Source: Ramazzottius varieornatus (taxonomy: Eukaryota; Animalia; Tardigrada). Taken from it: a stretch of DNA of 64,000 nt. The translations under genes and the position numbers were made by a program. The stretch lies in NCBI GenBank assembly GCA_001949185.1, contig BDGG01000007.1, positions 1,570,730 through 1,634,729 of the forward strand, written 5' to 3'. Below the pieces are notes generated by a model. It saw only the letters and a program-made list of their open reading frames with translations. It was not told the DNA's origin and did no database searches. Shown piece after piece: positions 63,050 to 64,000 of the stretch (the first letter of the stretch is position 1; each line of letters begins with the position of its first letter).

Positions 63050-64000
63050 GGACAGGAGAGCGCTGATGAGGAGCGTGACGAAGGATAGGAGAAGAAGGAT
63101 CAAGGGTCCCCCTCCCGATGTGGCTGTAGCTGGTGACGACCACCACGAGCCGCCACCGCTGCTAACCTGTCCTCCCTGCGCTTGTAGCTTGTGCAACTGT
63201 CAAAGAAGGAGCAACAAAGAGTCAGTGTGCCTGTAGCATGCTCAGACAGGCCTTTAGACCACGGCCTCACTCACCGTGTCGTCATCCAGTTCTTTGGCGC
63301 ATAGATAGTAATTTCGAGCAAAGACATTGAGAGCCACCAAGTGCTCTTGCGTGCAGCCGCCTTGGTCATCCGTGTCGGGGATGCACTTGAACATGTCGGG
63401 GTTCAACTGGCGACTACAGGTAAAGGAATAGTGTAACAAAGAGCAACTAACAACATAATGATATGTATTTGGCCAGATGCGATGGATGCTTACTGGCAGA
63501 CTTCCTCGTTGCCAAAGACCGACTGCGGCTTGTCCAACTTCATCAGCTGGTCGGGACTGAGTGAGTAGTCCAGACAGGGCAGCACCTGCAGGTTGGTCGG
63601 AGGCTGACCTTCGCCTCTGGGCCGAGGAAGGCAGGCTTTGGCCGCCGTCACCACATCTACAACAGCAAACACAAGTCCACTAGTCAACCGGAAGTGGAGT
63701 ATACCCCGATGCGCCATGCCATCATCCATGCACAATACTCACCGGCAAGTCCATGCAAGTCGGCGCTGTTAGCGTATTGCTGGATGATGGCGCGCAATGC
63801 CGTTATCAAGGGCTCCTCCACCGTGCCACTGCTGACAGTCTTGGTCACATCGACATCCTACAAAGGCCAAACACGACCATCGTAAGCATGTGCAACTATA
63901 GCCATATTCAATAATTATATAATAGTGATAATTATGGCCAATGCAAAGTGGCCTTACCGCTGCGTTTTGAAAGTTGCAGATTGTCAGATCGTAGGTGGCC
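63050..64000 (-). CDS. Unknown Cys-containing multi-exon protein (5'-partial)
   Basis: Coding-like exons with GT/AG borders (~63857-63742, ~63680-63494, ~63414-63275). The last exon is uncertain; a hydrophobic GPI-like tail at ~63050-63110 is not cleanly in frame. Confidence 0.45.

Overview
Eukaryotic DNA from a compact, intron-rich invertebrate genome (roughly balanced GC, many 45-100 bp GT-AG introns); the species cannot be fixed from sequence alone. Host genes, in order: the 3' part of an ADMP-type BMP ligand (+), an intronless orphan ORF (+), a SAMHD1-like HD dNTPase (-), an SLC37A sugar-phosphate exchanger (+), a Janus kinase (-), a C8orf82/DUF4505 homolog (+), Slit (+, with an antisense tRNA-Asp in an intron), MED12 (-), a secreted protein with only an MNNL-like (Notch-ligand N-terminal) domain (-), and a partial Cys-rich gene (-). 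DNA transposons are abundant: two decayed hAT transposases, a Kolobok-like MITE, a hAT MITE, several foldback/hairpin elements, and a DD85E (Sailor-type) IS630/Tc1/mariner element with 233-bp TIRs. The standout is a 4.46-kb Mutator-like element (49483-53941; ~72-bp TIRs, perfect 9-bp TSD) 365 bp upstream of MED12. It carries two convergent spliced genes that the ORF track does not resolve: a chromo-barrel (Tudor-knot) protein, and a CG-1-like MULE transposase remnant with 24-bp CCGG-core tandem arrays in three of its introns. This organisation recalls plant MuDR/VANDAL elements with accessory or anti-silencing genes. Gene models and domain calls are by eye, with no database searches.
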